Shown: one piece after another, positions 17,382 to 27,447 of the stretch
Numbering within the stretch: the stretch's first letter is position 1
Layout of the letters: the number at the start of each line of letters is the position of its first letter
Assembly (NCBI GenBank): GCA_963663385.2
Contig: CAXXXD010000004.1
Coordinates: forward strand, 832,001 to 896,000
Length of the DNA stretch: 64,000 bases
Direction of reading: 5' to 3'
From: Oceanispirochaeta sp.
GTDB taxonomy: Bacteria > Spirochaetota > Spirochaetia > DSM-2461
Translations under genes and position numbers: made by a program
Notes under the pieces: model-generated
Told to the model about the DNA's origin: nothing
The model's database searches: none
Seen by the model: the letters and a program-made list of their open reading frames with translations, nothing else

Positions 17382-19625
17382 GTGAAAGCCTGTTTTAGAA
17401 ATGATGCCAGACAGAAGGTGTGTGGAGAGGCCCGCTTCGGTGACGATCTCCGTTTTCATGGGATGGTTCATGCCGTACCGGTATATACGGATTTTGTTCA
17501 TGCCGGTAACCTTTCCCTCGATACGGAAGAGGCTGCTGCCATGCCGGGGGTTCTGGCGGTTCTGACCTGGGTAGATGTTCCGGGTGAATTAACCGCCGGT
17601 CAGATTAATCAGGACTACCCGATCCTGGTGAAAGACCGGATCCGGTCAAACGGAGATGTGGCTGCCATCGTTGTGGCGGAAACACGAAAGCAGGCTCTGG
17701 CTGCTTCGGAAAAAATACATATGAAGGCTGATCCTCTTCCGCTTGTGCTTGATACGGAACTTGCTCTGAATCCGGATGCGCCCGTTATCCCCGAAGGGAA
17801 AGATAGTAACCTGGTAAACCGGCATATCGTCAGGAGAGGGGAGCCGGAGACAGCTCTTGCCGCCAGTTCTTTTGTGATTGAGCAGCGTTTCGAAACCCCC
17901 CTTGTGGAACATGCCTACCTTGAGCCTGAATGCGGGGTCTGTGTCCCCCGGGAGGACGGGGTTCTGGAAATTTACGGATCCATGCAGCATCCCTTCAGTA
18001 CCAGGCGGTTTGTCTGCGCCTATCTGGGGAAACCCCTTACATCGGTTGTCTGCTTTTCCCATGCGGTGGGGGGGAGTTTCGGCGGAAAGGACGATACGGC
18101 CTCTGTTGTCTGCGCCCGGGCTGCCCTGGCCGCTTTAAAGCTGAAAAGACCTGTGAAAATGCTCTATTCCCGGGAATGGTCCATGCGGGAGAGTTATAAA
18201 CGAGTGCCCTATAAAATGGATTATAAAGTGGGTTTTAATGAAGAGGGCCGTCTGACCGGTGCGGTAAGCCGGACCCTGGGGGATTCCGGAGCGTATACTT
18301 CCACAACTCCCTGGTCCACCTGGCGTTCCACGGTGCAGAATATCGGTCCCTACAGAGTGGATCATATCCGGGGGGAAGTCCTCGGTGTGGCTACCAATAA
18401 TGTATTTACCGGTGCCTTCAGGGGATTCGGTTCCCCCCAGACCAATTTTGCGATTGAACAGATTATGGATATGGCAGCAGAGAAACTGGGCATTACTCCC
18501 CTGGAAATTCGGAAAAGGAACGCGGTCGTACAGGACTCGGTCACCATAACCGGGCAGAAACTGGATGACCATACGGTGAGCCTGATTGAAGTTATGGAGA
18601 AAACGGCGGCCGCAGCGGAATTTGAAAAGAACTATGCCCGCTGCTCCCGCGGAAAGGGAAACAAGTGGTATGGCATCGGTATGGCCGCTTCCTACCGGGG
18701 CTGCAGCGTGGGGGCGGAAGCCATGGATTTCTGCTGTGCTTCCGTAAATATTCAATTTGACGGTTCTATCCTGCTGGATACGGCCGTATTTGAAAACGGT
18801 CAGGGGGCTCCCAGCGCTATGATGCTGATTGCCGCGGAAGAACTGGGTGTTCCCGTCGAGGCTATCCAATATCAGGAGTCATCCACTGCCTCCATCCCGG
18901 ACGGCGGAACAACCGTTGCATCCCGGGGAACTCTTGTGGGGGGCGGGGCTATCAAGGATGCCATGTCCAGATTGAAACCTCTTCTGGCGGAAACCCTCTG
19001 CCCTCTGATAGCCGAGTCGCCGGACCAGATCTCTTTTCATGATAACCGGGTCTGGGGGAGCGACAGCAGGTCTCTCAGCTGGCCGGAAGTGGGGCGGCAG
19101 ATGTATCTGGCCAGGGTTTACCCCTTTGCTTTCGGTTCCTTTCAGGCTCCCCGGGTCAGCTGGGATGAAGAGAACGGCCAGGGAACCGCCTACTTTTCCT
19201 ATGTTTACAGTTGTCAGGCTGTGGAAGTGGAAGTGGATCCTGTAAAAGGCAGCTGCCGTCTGTTGAATATTGTTGCAACCCACGATATCGGGAAAGCGAT
19301 TAATCCTCCCATGGTGGAGGGGCAGATTCACGGAGGAGTGGTTCAGGGGGCCGGCATGGCCCTGACCGAAGATTTTCTGGTGGAAGAGGGGAAGGTGAAA
19401 TCCCTCAACTTTTCGAAGTATAAAATTCCCCGAATGACCGATATTCCTGAAATAACAACACAGATTGTTGAGAACCCGGATCCTCTCTCTCCGACGGGAG
19501 CCAAGGGAATAGGTGAACCAGCTCTGGAAATTATAGCCCCGGCTATTGCCAATGCCATTGCGGCAGCAACAGGAAGGCGTTTTACCTCACTGCCCATCAA
19601 TCTGAAAAAGGAGTTCGCATCCTGA
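17382..19625 (+). CDS. Xanthine dehydrogenase-family molybdopterin-binding subunit
   Basis: HAYLEPE, VGGSFGGK, AFRGFGSPQ, ENGQG, TVASRG, GQIHGGVVQG, GAKGIGE. Confidence 0.95.
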   Translation: MKACFRNDARQKVCGEARFGDDLRFHGMVHAVPVYTDFVHAGNLSLDTEEAAAMPGVLAVLTWVDVPGELTAGQINQDYPILVKDRIRSNGDVAAIVVAETRKQALAASEKIHMKADPLPLVLDTELALNPDAPVIPEGKDSNLVNRHIVRRGEPETALAASSFVIEQRFETPLVEHAYLEPECGVCVPREDGVLEIYGSMQHPFSTRRFVCAYLGKPLTSVVCFSHAVGGSFGGKDDTASVVCARAALAALKLKRPVKMLYSREWSMRESYKRVPYKMDYKVGFNEEGRLTGAVSRTLGDSGAYTSTTPWSTWRSTVQNIGPYRVDHIRGEVLGVATNNVFTGAFRGFGSPQTNFAIEQIMDMAAEKLGITPLEIRKRNAVVQDSVTITGQKLDDHTVSLIEVMEKTAAAAEFEKNYARCSRGKGNKWYGIGMAASYRGCSVGAEAMDFCCASVNIQFDGSILLDTAVFENGQGAPSAMMLIAAEELGVPVEAIQYQESSTASIPDGGTTVASRGTLVGGGAIKDAMSRLKPLLAETLCPLIAESPDQISFHDNRVWGSDSRSLSWPEVGRQMYLARVYPFAFGSFQAPRVSWDEENGQGTAYFSYVYSCQAVEVEVDPVKGSCRLLNIVATHDIGKAINPPMVEGQIHGGVVQGAGMALTEDFLVEEGKVKSLNFSKYKIPRMTDIPEITTQIVENPDPLSPTGAKGIGEPALEIIAPAIANAIAAATGRRFTSLPINLKKEFAS

Positions 19626-20101
19626 TGTCTGAAATAACTGTAAATGGCAATACATATGTCCTCAGCCCCGAACAGGAAGAGCTTTCTCTACTGGACTATC
19701 TCAGGGAAGAGCTTGATCTGGTGGGTACTAAAAACGGCTGCGGTGAAGGAACCTGCGGGGCCTGCACTGTTCTGATGGATGGAAAAGCTGTCCGGTCCTG
19801 CCGTACAAAAATGGCAAAAGCCGCAGGTAAGTCTGTTCTGACAATAGAAGGTCTTAAAGGGGAGAACGGATCACTTCACCCCATGCAGCAGGCCTTTATC
19901 GATGCCGGAGCCGTGCAATGCGGGTTCTGTACCCCCGGGATGATTATGCAGTCCCTGGATCTGATTGCGAAAAATCCCGATCCCTCACGGGAGGAGATCA
20001 GGGTGGCCATGCGCGGCAACCTCTGCCGCTGTACGGGGTATCAGAAAATTGTCGATGCGGTTGAGCTGGGCGCCCGGAAGATGAGAAACGCCGGAGAATG
20101 A
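19625..20101 (+). CDS. (2Fe-2S)-binding subunit of XDH-family enzyme (CoxS/XdhC-like)
   Basis: GCGEGTCGACT...SC; QCGFCTPG; NLCRCTGY; TGATG coupling to upstream gene. Confidence 0.96.
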   Translation: MSEITVNGNTYVLSPEQEELSLLDYLREELDLVGTKNGCGEGTCGACTVLMDGKAVRSCRTKMAKAAGKSVLTIEGLKGENGSLHPMQQAFIDAGAVQCGFCTPGMIMQSLDLIAKNPDPSREEIRVAMRGNLCRCTGYQKIVDAVELGARKMRNAGE

Positions 20102-20103
20102 TT

Positions 20104-20119
20104 GTTAAGAATTCTTAAC
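20104..20119. promoter_or_regulatory. Perfect 16-bp palindrome upstream of the symporter gene (candidate operator)
   Basis: GTTAAGAATTCTTAAC. Confidence 0.35.
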
Positions 20120-20215
20120 TTGTGAAATAGATATGCGGATTTTATCATTACTCTGAGTCCCTTTCGTGTTTACTAATAAGGTAAAAGCTGCCCGAAGGGA
20201 CCGGAGGAATGTATA

Positions 20216-21508
20216 ATGAGCGAATCTTCAAAGAAAAAAGGAATCCTTTCCCGGTATTTCAATACGAACCTGCTGCTTCGTATTTTAACCGGACTTATCC
20301 TGGGTGCCGTTGCCGGTATTGTTTTCGGACCTTCTGTTGCTGTGATTCAGCCTCTTGGAAGCGTACTGGTAAATCTCCTTAAAATGATTGTAATGCCCCT
20401 TATTCTGACATCCCTCGTTGTAGGTGCCGCCAGTATTCAGCCCAGGGAGCTGGGCAAAATAGGTATCCGAATCTTTGTCTATTATATGCTGACTTCAGCC
20501 CTGGCCGTAACGATCGGTCTTCTGGCTGCCAATATCTTTCATCCCGGTGCCGGGCTGCAGCTGGCTGCTTCCGTCGATGCCGCCGGTAAGGAACTGACTC
20601 AGCCCAGGTTTCTGGAAACCCTGCTGGCTATTATTCCCAAGAATCCCTTTGGTGCTCTGTCCCAGGGGCAGGTTCTTCCCATTATCTTTTTTGCCCTGGT
20701 ATTCGGAATCGGAATTTCCACTGTACGGAACTCGGATGATCAGAGGCTTCAGAAAAGCGGCGAAACCCTCTTCCGTATATTCGACGGAGCCGCAGAAGTC
20801 ATGTATGTGATTGTCCGCTGGATCCTTGAATATGCGCCTATCGGTGTATTTGCCCTGATTGCGGTTGTTTTCGGTAAACAGGGGGCCAGCGCTTTCGGTT
20901 CCCTCGGACTAGTCACTCTGACCACATATGCGGGATTTATCTTTCAGATTGCTCTGGTATACGGTGTCTTCCTCATTATCAACAAGCTTGGCTACCTGAC
21001 TTTCTTCAAGGGAGCCCGGGAAGCCATGATTACCGCTTTTGTCACCAGAAGTTCCAGTGGTACCCTGCCTGTTACCATGCGGAATATGAATGAAAATCTG
21101 GGGGTTCCCAAAAAAATATCATCCTTTACGCTGCCACTGGGAGCAACAATCAATATGGACGGGACTGCCATCTATATGGGTGTCTGCGCTCTGTTTATTA
21201 CAAATGCGGTTGGTATGGACCTGAGCCTGGCTCAGCAGTTCAATATTATTCTGACAGCCGTTCTGGCTTCTATCGGTTCGGCCGGGATCCCCGGCGCCGG
21301 TGCCATAATGCTTCTGATGGTTCTGAACTCTATCGGTATTACCATCGAGGCAGGGTCCGCCGTTGCGGCAGCCTATGCCATGATTCTTGGAATTGATGCC
21401 CTATTGGATATGGGGCGCACCATTACCAATGTAACCGGTGATATGGTCGGTACCATACTGGTTTCAAAGGGTGAAAAAGAGCTGGATCTTGCCATGTGGA
21501 AAAAGTAG
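20216..21508 (+). CDS. Dicarboxylate/amino acid:cation symporter (DAACS, GltP/GltPh family)
   Basis: AFVTRSSSGTLP, LGATINMDGT, ASIGSAGIPG, DMGRT..NVTGD. Confidence 0.95.
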   Translation: MSESSKKKGILSRYFNTNLLLRILTGLILGAVAGIVFGPSVAVIQPLGSVLVNLLKMIVMPLILTSLVVGAASIQPRELGKIGIRIFVYYMLTSALAVTIGLLAANIFHPGAGLQLAASVDAAGKELTQPRFLETLLAIIPKNPFGALSQGQVLPIIFFALVFGIGISTVRNSDDQRLQKSGETLFRIFDGAAEVMYVIVRWILEYAPIGVFALIAVVFGKQGASAFGSLGLVTLTTYAGFIFQIALVYGVFLIINKLGYLTFFKGAREAMITAFVTRSSSGTLPVTMRNMNENLGVPKKISSFTLPLGATINMDGTAIYMGVCALFITNAVGMDLSLAQQFNIILTAVLASIGSAGIPGAGAIMLLMVLNSIGITIEAGSAVAAAYAMILGIDALLDMGRTITNVTGDMVGTILVSKGEKELDLAMWKK

Positions 21509-21535
21509 TCCGGTTTTACCTGATTTCTGAAACGA

Positions 21536-21563
21536 GGCCTGTCGGGGAGTTCCGGCAGGTTTT
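21536..21563 (+). terminator. Hairpin terminator between convergent symporter and thiQ
   Basis: GCCTGTCGG...CCGGCAGGT followed by TTT. Confidence 0.5.
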
Positions 21564-21635
21564 ATACAACTACCCGCAGATTCCGGTCTCGGTCTCTAAT
21601 CTTTTCAGAACAGGCTCTGGTCTCTGGAGTTTCAT

Positions 21636-22664
21636 CTATTTCAGGACAAGGCAGTCTTCCGGTTTGACATGCCATGAAATGGTATCTTTCAAATTGTACT
21701 GTATGCTGTCCCGATTTTTGATTTTTACGATCCCCTCTCCGGCAGCAGCTTCCAGGTATTGAAAGTCTCCGCCGTATTCCGCATAAACGATCCGGCCCTC
21801 TCCGGAGATACTCTTTTCTGTGAAGCCAGTCATTATCCGGCAATCCTCCGGGCGGAAATAAATATAATTCCCCCGGCCGGTCTGTGCAGGGAGATCTATG
21901 GTTCCGATACCGGTATTATGCCTGATCATACCATCCGCCTTTTCTTCGAAGCTTTTTACGGGGATCATATTGGCGCTTCCGATAAAGCTTCCTGCAAAGG
22001 CGTTATCCGGTCTGGAATAGAGGTCGGAGGGTTTTCCTGTCTGGCTGATCCGGCCCCGGTCCATCAGAACAATGCGGTCGGAGATGGCCATGGCTTCTTC
22101 CTGGTCATGGGTCACATAGACGGCTGTAATACCTGTCTGCTGCTGAATCTCCCGGATCTGCCGCCGCAGAGAACGGCGGAGCTGGGCGTCCAGAGCACTC
22201 AAAGGTTCATCCAGCAGGAGAAGATCGGGTGTGCCCGCCAGGGCTCTTGCCAGGGCTACCCGCTGTTTCTCTCCCCCTGAAAGTTCTTCGATCCTTCTTT
22301 TTTCATACCCTTCCAGTTGAACCATTTCCAGAAGTTTCCGGGTTCGGTTTACTGCTTCCGGTCCTTTTTCTTCCATTCCGTAACAGATGTTTTTCTGAAT
22401 ATTCATATGGGGAAAGAGGGCGTAGTCCTGAAATACCATGCCGATTTTTCTGTACCGGGGATCCAGCGGTGTGACATCTCTTTTCCCCAGAAAAATTTTC
22501 CCCATATCAGGGTAGTGGAGTCCGGCTATGATCTTCAGCAGGGTCGTTTTACCGCATCCGCTGGGCCCCAGCAGAGTGACCAGCTCTCCCGAGTTTACCT
22601 TCAGGTCAGCCTCCAGGGAAAAATCATCCAGGCAAATTCCTACATTTTGAATAGTTAAATCCAT
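21636..22664 (-). CDS. thiQ: ABC transporter ATP-binding protein (thiamine uptake, ThiQ role) with TOBE-like C-terminus
   Basis: GPSGCGKT, LSGGEKQR, LLLLDEP, VTHD; last gene of the TPP-riboswitch operon. Confidence 0.85.
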   Translation of the reverse strand: MDLTIQNVGICLDDFSLEADLKVNSGELVTLLGPSGCGKTTLLKIIAGLHYPDMGKIFLGKRDVTPLDPRYRKIGMVFQDYALFPHMNIQKNICYGMEEKGPEAVNRTRKLLEMVQLEGYEKRRIEELSGGEKQRVALARALAGTPDLLLLDEPLSALDAQLRRSLRRQIREIQQQTGITAVYVTHDQEEAMAISDRIVLMDRGRISQTGKPSDLYSRPDNAFAGSFIGSANMIPVKSFEEKADGMIRHNTGIGTIDLPAQTGRGNYIYFRPEDCRIMTGFTEKSISGEGRIVYAEYGGDFQYLEAAAGEGIVKIKNRDSIQYNLKDTISWHVKPEDCLVLK

Positions 22665-22665
22665 T

Positions 22666-24342
22666 TCAGTTCTCCCATCCCTCAAAAGCATCAATCAGGG
22701 TAAAGGCCAGCAGGCATATCCCTATCAGTATGGTTCCCAGTGCACAGGCGCTGAAGAATCTGTATGTACCAATCAGCCTGAGAATGGCAATCGGTATGGT
22801 TGTGATCCCCGCATCCGAGAGGATCAGTGTGGCGTTAATTTCTCCCAGTGAAATGGCAAAAGCAAAAGCCCCGCCGCTGATCAGACCCGGCCGGATCAGG
22901 GGGAGTTCAATGGTTAAAAATCGTTTGAAACTTCCCGCTCCCATCATACGGGCCGCATCCAGCAGATCCTGCCGGATCCTCCTCATGGCAGGCGTGAGGC
23001 TCCTGAGAACAAACGGGAGGGCTATGACCGTATGGGCGCAGACAATGCTGATACGGGGAGGAAGATAGTTCAGAGCTTCATTCCTCATAAGCCACAGGTA
23101 GCCGATTCCGAGCACTACTGCCGATACGCCCATGGGCATCATAATCACCGATTCTGTCAATCCCGGGTATTTCAGCTTATGCCGTGATAATACCCAGGCC
23201 GTATAGGAGCCGATAATCAGGGTTAAACCCAGTGTTACAGACGCAATGCCCAGGCTGTTTCTGACTGCTTCGGCCAGAAGAGCCGCTCCGGAAAGCCCGC
23301 CGGGGGGGGCGAGCATCTCTTTGTACCAGCGCAGGGACCATACGGCCGGTCCCGTTCGGGTTGTCCTGACCAGAAAGGACTGGAAAATCACAGTCAGGAT
23401 GGGCCCCAGAATTATAAAAAAAACAGGAACCAGGTAGAGAAGGGAGCCTGCCAGTCTGGACTTGGAGAGTTTCCGCCAGGAAATCCGGGTGCGGATAACC
23501 GACTCCCTGTGAACATTATTCTGCTCCGTTCTGATATAGAAATAGGTGAGAAAGAGGGTTGCTGCTGTTTCCACCAGAGCCAGAGCCCCTCCTCTCCCGA
23601 AATCCAGGGAGTATTTTATAAGGCGGTAGACCTCCACTTCCAGGGTGGAGTAGCGGGGCCCGCCTCCCAGAACAAGGATAACCGCAAAACTCATAAAACA
23701 GTAGAGGAATATGAGGGAGGCGGCGCTGAGGAGGCCCGGAAGAAGCTGGGGAAGGGTCACGGTCCGGAATATTCTTATCCTTGAAGCTCCCAGGGTCAGG
23801 GCCGCCTGAGTCTGATTTTCCGGCAACCCCTGCCACCAGGCGGCTGTCAGACGAAGGGCAATGGGAAAATTGTAGAAAATATGGGCAAGAAGGATGGCTT
23901 TGAAAGAGTAGAGCACATCCAGAACGGGAGCGTCCGTATTCATCAACCCCGACAATACTTTGTTAACCACTCCCTGACGTCCCCAGAAGAGGATGAATCC
24001 CAATACGACCAGAATGGAGGGGAGTATAAAGGGGATAGTGGTCAGGGCTTTTACAACTCTCTTTCCAGGAAAATCCACATGCGACAGGAGCCAGGCTCCC
24101 GGCAATCCCGCCAGCAGGGAGAGAAGGGTGCTGAGCACCGCCTGGTAAAAAGTAAAAAGGAAGACCCGCCGGTAATAGGGTGAAGTTAAAAGTTCCTTCA
24201 TCCACTCCAGGGTCCAGCCTTCATTCCCCTGTAAACCCCGTACAAGGAGTACTATGACAGGAAGGTAGAAGGTAAGGCCGAGGAGTGCCAGAACGGGGAG
24301 GAGCCTGAGCTCTCCCCGGAAGGGTACGGCGGGTTTATTCAT
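22666..24342 (-). CDS. thiP: Thiamine ABC transporter permease
   Basis: Two BPD_transp_1 halves (AALTLGAS, DAARMMGA); FTFYQAVLST typical of ThiP. Confidence 0.88.
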   Translation of the reverse strand: MNKPAVPFRGELRLLPVLALLGLTFYLPVIVLLVRGLQGNEGWTLEWMKELLTSPYYRRVFLFTFYQAVLSTLLSLLAGLPGAWLLSHVDFPGKRVVKALTTIPFILPSILVVLGFILFWGRQGVVNKVLSGLMNTDAPVLDVLYSFKAILLAHIFYNFPIALRLTAAWWQGLPENQTQAALTLGASRIRIFRTVTLPQLLPGLLSAASLIFLYCFMSFAVILVLGGGPRYSTLEVEVYRLIKYSLDFGRGGALALVETAATLFLTYFYIRTEQNNVHRESVIRTRISWRKLSKSRLAGSLLYLVPVFFIILGPILTVIFQSFLVRTTRTGPAVWSLRWYKEMLAPPGGLSGAALLAEAVRNSLGIASVTLGLTLIIGSYTAWVLSRHKLKYPGLTESVIMMPMGVSAVVLGIGYLWLMRNEALNYLPPRISIVCAHTVIALPFVLRSLTPAMRRIRQDLLDAARMMGAGSFKRFLTIELPLIRPGLISGGAFAFAISLGEINATLILSDAGITTIPIAILRLIGTYRFFSACALGTILIGICLLAFTLIDAFEGWEN

Positions 24343-24345
24343 CGA

Positions 24346-25392
24346 TTAAAGACCGGACTTTTCGACCCAGTCCTGAACCCATTTCTGTTCGTTGTCGGCT
24401 ATATCCTGTTTGTCCAGGAGCAGGGGATTGTCAGAAATGAATGCCATATCAAAGGCCTCCGGCAGTTCTGTCCGGGGGAGTACGGGCATCATGATATTGC
24501 TGGTTGCAATAATGTTCTGTCCTTCCGGTGACAGCATGAAATCAAGAAACTTTTCGGCTCCTTCGGGATTGGCCGCACCCCTGATAATCCCTGCGCCCTC
24601 AATCTGCAGATAATTCCCCTCTTCGAAGGCAGCTGCTTTATAGCGGTCTGTTTCTTCCCACATTTTGTGGTAAACCGGCGAGGTGGAGTAGCTCAGAACC
24701 AGGGGGGCTTCTCCGCTGGTAAAGAGACCGTACCCGTTGCTCCAGCTTTCTGTTACGGATAGAACCGATCCGGAGAGTCTGTTCCAGTAGGCCAGGTAGT
24801 CATCCCCGTATACGGCCCGGGTCCATAAAAGGAATCCCATTCCGGGGCTTGAAGTCCGGGGATCCATAAGCACCAGGGATTTGGCAAACTCGGGCTTTGT
24901 CAGATCTTCCAGTGACGCCGGGGGCGTTTTAATTACTTCCGAGTCGTAGCAGATGGCGAAATACCCCCAGTCAAAGGGAAGGAGGCGGTTTGTATCATCA
25001 AACTTCAGTTCCTCCGGGATGGAGGACAGGGCCGGGGCGTTATAGGGTTCCAGGATATCTTCTTCCAGGGTTCTGGCCAGAAGGTTGTTATCAGGACCGA
25101 TAAGAAGGTCCCCGCGGGGATCCTCTTTTTCCATAATGACTTTGCTCAGGATGGTAACGGCGTCGCCCGGGGCTACAAGTTCAACCTGAATCCCGGTTTC
25201 TTCGGTAAACCGGGCAGCCAATGCCGGACCGGGGCCCCATTCTGATGCAAACGAGTCGTAACAATAGATTGTCAGCACCTGTTCTGCCGCATCCTGACTG
25301 CTTTCTGCAGGTTCGCTTCCGTCCTGCTGCCCGCCGGCAAAAAGGAGTGCTGTGCTAAAAAGCAGCATAAGAGATAATAGATATTTTTTCAT
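24346..25392 (-). CDS. thiB: Thiamine ABC transporter substrate-binding protein
   Basis: YDSFASEWGPG, DPRTSSPG, W...YGLF, VLSYSTSP; downstream of a TPP riboswitch. Confidence 0.93.
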   Translation of the reverse strand: MKKYLLSLMLLFSTALLFAGGQQDGSEPAESSQDAAEQVLTIYCYDSFASEWGPGPALAARFTEETGIQVELVAPGDAVTILSKVIMEKEDPRGDLLIGPDNNLLARTLEEDILEPYNAPALSSIPEELKFDDTNRLLPFDWGYFAICYDSEVIKTPPASLEDLTKPEFAKSLVLMDPRTSSPGMGFLLWTRAVYGDDYLAYWNRLSGSVLSVTESWSNGYGLFTSGEAPLVLSYSTSPVYHKMWEETDRYKAAAFEEGNYLQIEGAGIIRGAANPEGAEKFLDFMLSPEGQNIIATSNIMMPVLPRTELPEAFDMAFISDNPLLLDKQDIADNEQKWVQDWVEKSGL

Positions 25393-25475
25393 AATTCCTC
25401 TCCTGACTGCATGCCTGATCTCTGGTGCATGCAGTATGAAATTTAAAATTCCGGGGAAAGGTTGAGATATGGCCT

Positions 25476-25556
25476 ATTTCCCTTCGCCGGCATTACCCGG
25501 ATCAGGTTCAAAGGGTATGATCTCAGGTTCTTATACAAGAACCACCCCCAGAGACG
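25476..25556 (-). ncRNA. TPP riboswitch (THI element)
   Basis: Minus strand GGGGTG...CTGAGATCATACCCTTTGAACCTGATCCGGGTAATGCCGGCGAAGGGA matches the TPP consensus; directly 5' of thiB. Confidence 0.95.
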
Positions 25557-25620
25557 TGCTAAGCATAGCTTCAGGAGGTTGAAAGGTCAACCCGCTGTAA
25601 AGTCTGACAGGAAGACTATG

Positions 25621-27360
25621 CTACTTCTTTTTATTGACTGCATCGGTGAATTCGGCCCAGGCTTTCTTCTTTTCCCGGACTGAATGGATTTTATGCTGTT
25701 GTGTCTGCTGCCTGGAACGGGTGCGAATCCGGGACTGGGAAGTCATTTGCTGCTTTTCTGCATAGCCGGTACTTTCCCTTAATACAGAAGCCTGCCGCTT
25801 TTTACTGTTTGCCGCCCTGGCTATGGAAGATGTATTGGAGAATGAGCTGGTATAACTGTCATACCGCCCGGTTAACCGGAGTATCAATTTGCTCCACCAC
25901 CCCAGTTTGTCAAAGGCAATATCAAACAGGCTGATCAGGCTGAGCTGCAGTATGTCATCAATATTCTGAAACTGCTTCAGGTCGCTTTTCAGGTAGGTAT
26001 TGATCGTGTCTTTTATGGTATCGCTGCTTTTTATACCCTTCAGATCCTTCAGGTAATAGTAACCCACTGTTGCAATAAGGGCCGGTTTCTGCAGGAGTTC
26101 CTTCAGCTGGGGGGACTTATTCCGTATCCGGTTCATAATATCCGCCCTGAAATTATTGCGGCTGTAGAACTGGGAGTACTTATCGGGTTGATTATTCCTC
26201 AGCAGGTCATTCATCATTTCCTGATAGAGGACTGAAAACTCCTTCCCTGCATATTCCAGCTCTTTTTTAAAAAAGGGGAACAGGTAGTCTTTATGGATAA
26301 CCTGACTGTTTACAATGATCAGATCAGGCTGCTCCCCATTCTCCTGCCTTTTCAGTATGGTTTCCTGAAAATCCTTTCTGAATCCTTCCCATTTTTCTTC
26401 TTTTTCCTTTAATTCCTGATCAAGCTGCTTTACAGATGACCAGCGGGTTCCGTTCTCTCTTATCCGGTTTACAATCTCCGCCTGGTTCTTCTGTCGTTCC
26501 GCTTTTTCCTGCTGTTTTTCCTTCATTTCAGTCAGGCTGTTGAAAAAGTAGGAATAAAGCAGATGGGCCGATGTGAAGACCAGGGGAGACAATCCTTTAA
26601 TTCTGATCTTCAGATCCTCCTTATGTTCCAGAAGGCTTTTTGTTAGGGTTATCCAGAAGGAAGGGTCCCGGGCAGTCATGTTTTTTTGAAGCTCGCTGAT
26701 CTTTATCCCCGAAAGCCGGGATATATTCTCCAGCAATGTCATACTCTCGGATTCCCGTATCAGGTTTTTCATGAGAAAGAGAATATATTCATCCAGCAGG
26801 CCTGACGGGATGAGGATGGGAGACCGGTTACGCCTTGTAATTCCGAAAATCGTGCATTGGGGTATCATCTTTTTGTGGAACCCGGGGCTGAGAGACTTAG
26901 GTTCCAGGGGTGTGATCATCTCTCCCGGAAAGGTTATTCCATATTTATCGAAGGTCTTTACCGTGATAAAGGGGTGACCGTTTTCGTAGACATTCCGGTA
27001 CAGGACTTCCTCACAGACATAATAGTAAAAATAGATGGAATCTTTTTCTGTCAGGATCAGACGGGCCGGTTTCAGTTCCGAGTCGACCAGCCTGTACTGG
27101 AGCAGGCCCATATGGGCATCCTGGATTTTGTTCATCAGCAGTTCCAGCTGATTCCCGCCGGCCAGCGCCGGTCTTTTTGTTTTCAGTACATACTGGTTGT
27201 AATCCAGGGCAGGGTCCCAGAAATCACAGATATTATGAAAAATCTGATACTGGATCTGAGTAAAACTGCCTATTTGTGAAAGAACTTCCTCTCTTTTATG
27301 GGGTTCCAGATTAAAATAAAAGGGAGTTGCGTTTTGAGATGTCTGAATTTCCTTGCCCAT
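25621..27360 (-). CDS. Hypothetical cytoplasmic protein (helical/coiled coil, basic C-terminus)
   Basis: 579-aa ORF, no recognisable motif. Confidence 0.7.
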   Translation of the reverse strand: MGKEIQTSQNATPFYFNLEPHKREEVLSQIGSFTQIQYQIFHNICDFWDPALDYNQYVLKTKRPALAGGNQLELLMNKIQDAHMGLLQYRLVDSELKPARLILTEKDSIYFYYYVCEEVLYRNVYENGHPFITVKTFDKYGITFPGEMITPLEPKSLSPGFHKKMIPQCTIFGITRRNRSPILIPSGLLDEYILFLMKNLIRESESMTLLENISRLSGIKISELQKNMTARDPSFWITLTKSLLEHKEDLKIRIKGLSPLVFTSAHLLYSYFFNSLTEMKEKQQEKAERQKNQAEIVNRIRENGTRWSSVKQLDQELKEKEEKWEGFRKDFQETILKRQENGEQPDLIIVNSQVIHKDYLFPFFKKELEYAGKEFSVLYQEMMNDLLRNNQPDKYSQFYSRNNFRADIMNRIRNKSPQLKELLQKPALIATVGYYYLKDLKGIKSSDTIKDTINTYLKSDLKQFQNIDDILQLSLISLFDIAFDKLGWWSKLILRLTGRYDSYTSSFSNTSSIARAANSKKRQASVLRESTGYAEKQQMTSQSRIRTRSRQQTQQHKIHSVREKKKAWAEFTDAVNKKK

Positions 27361-27447
27361 AACTGAGAATATTATAACGTATTATTCGAAAGTTTGGGAG
27401 ACGGTTTTTTTCCTCTCCTCAAAAAGAGAGAAGAGGATGTATCAGAT

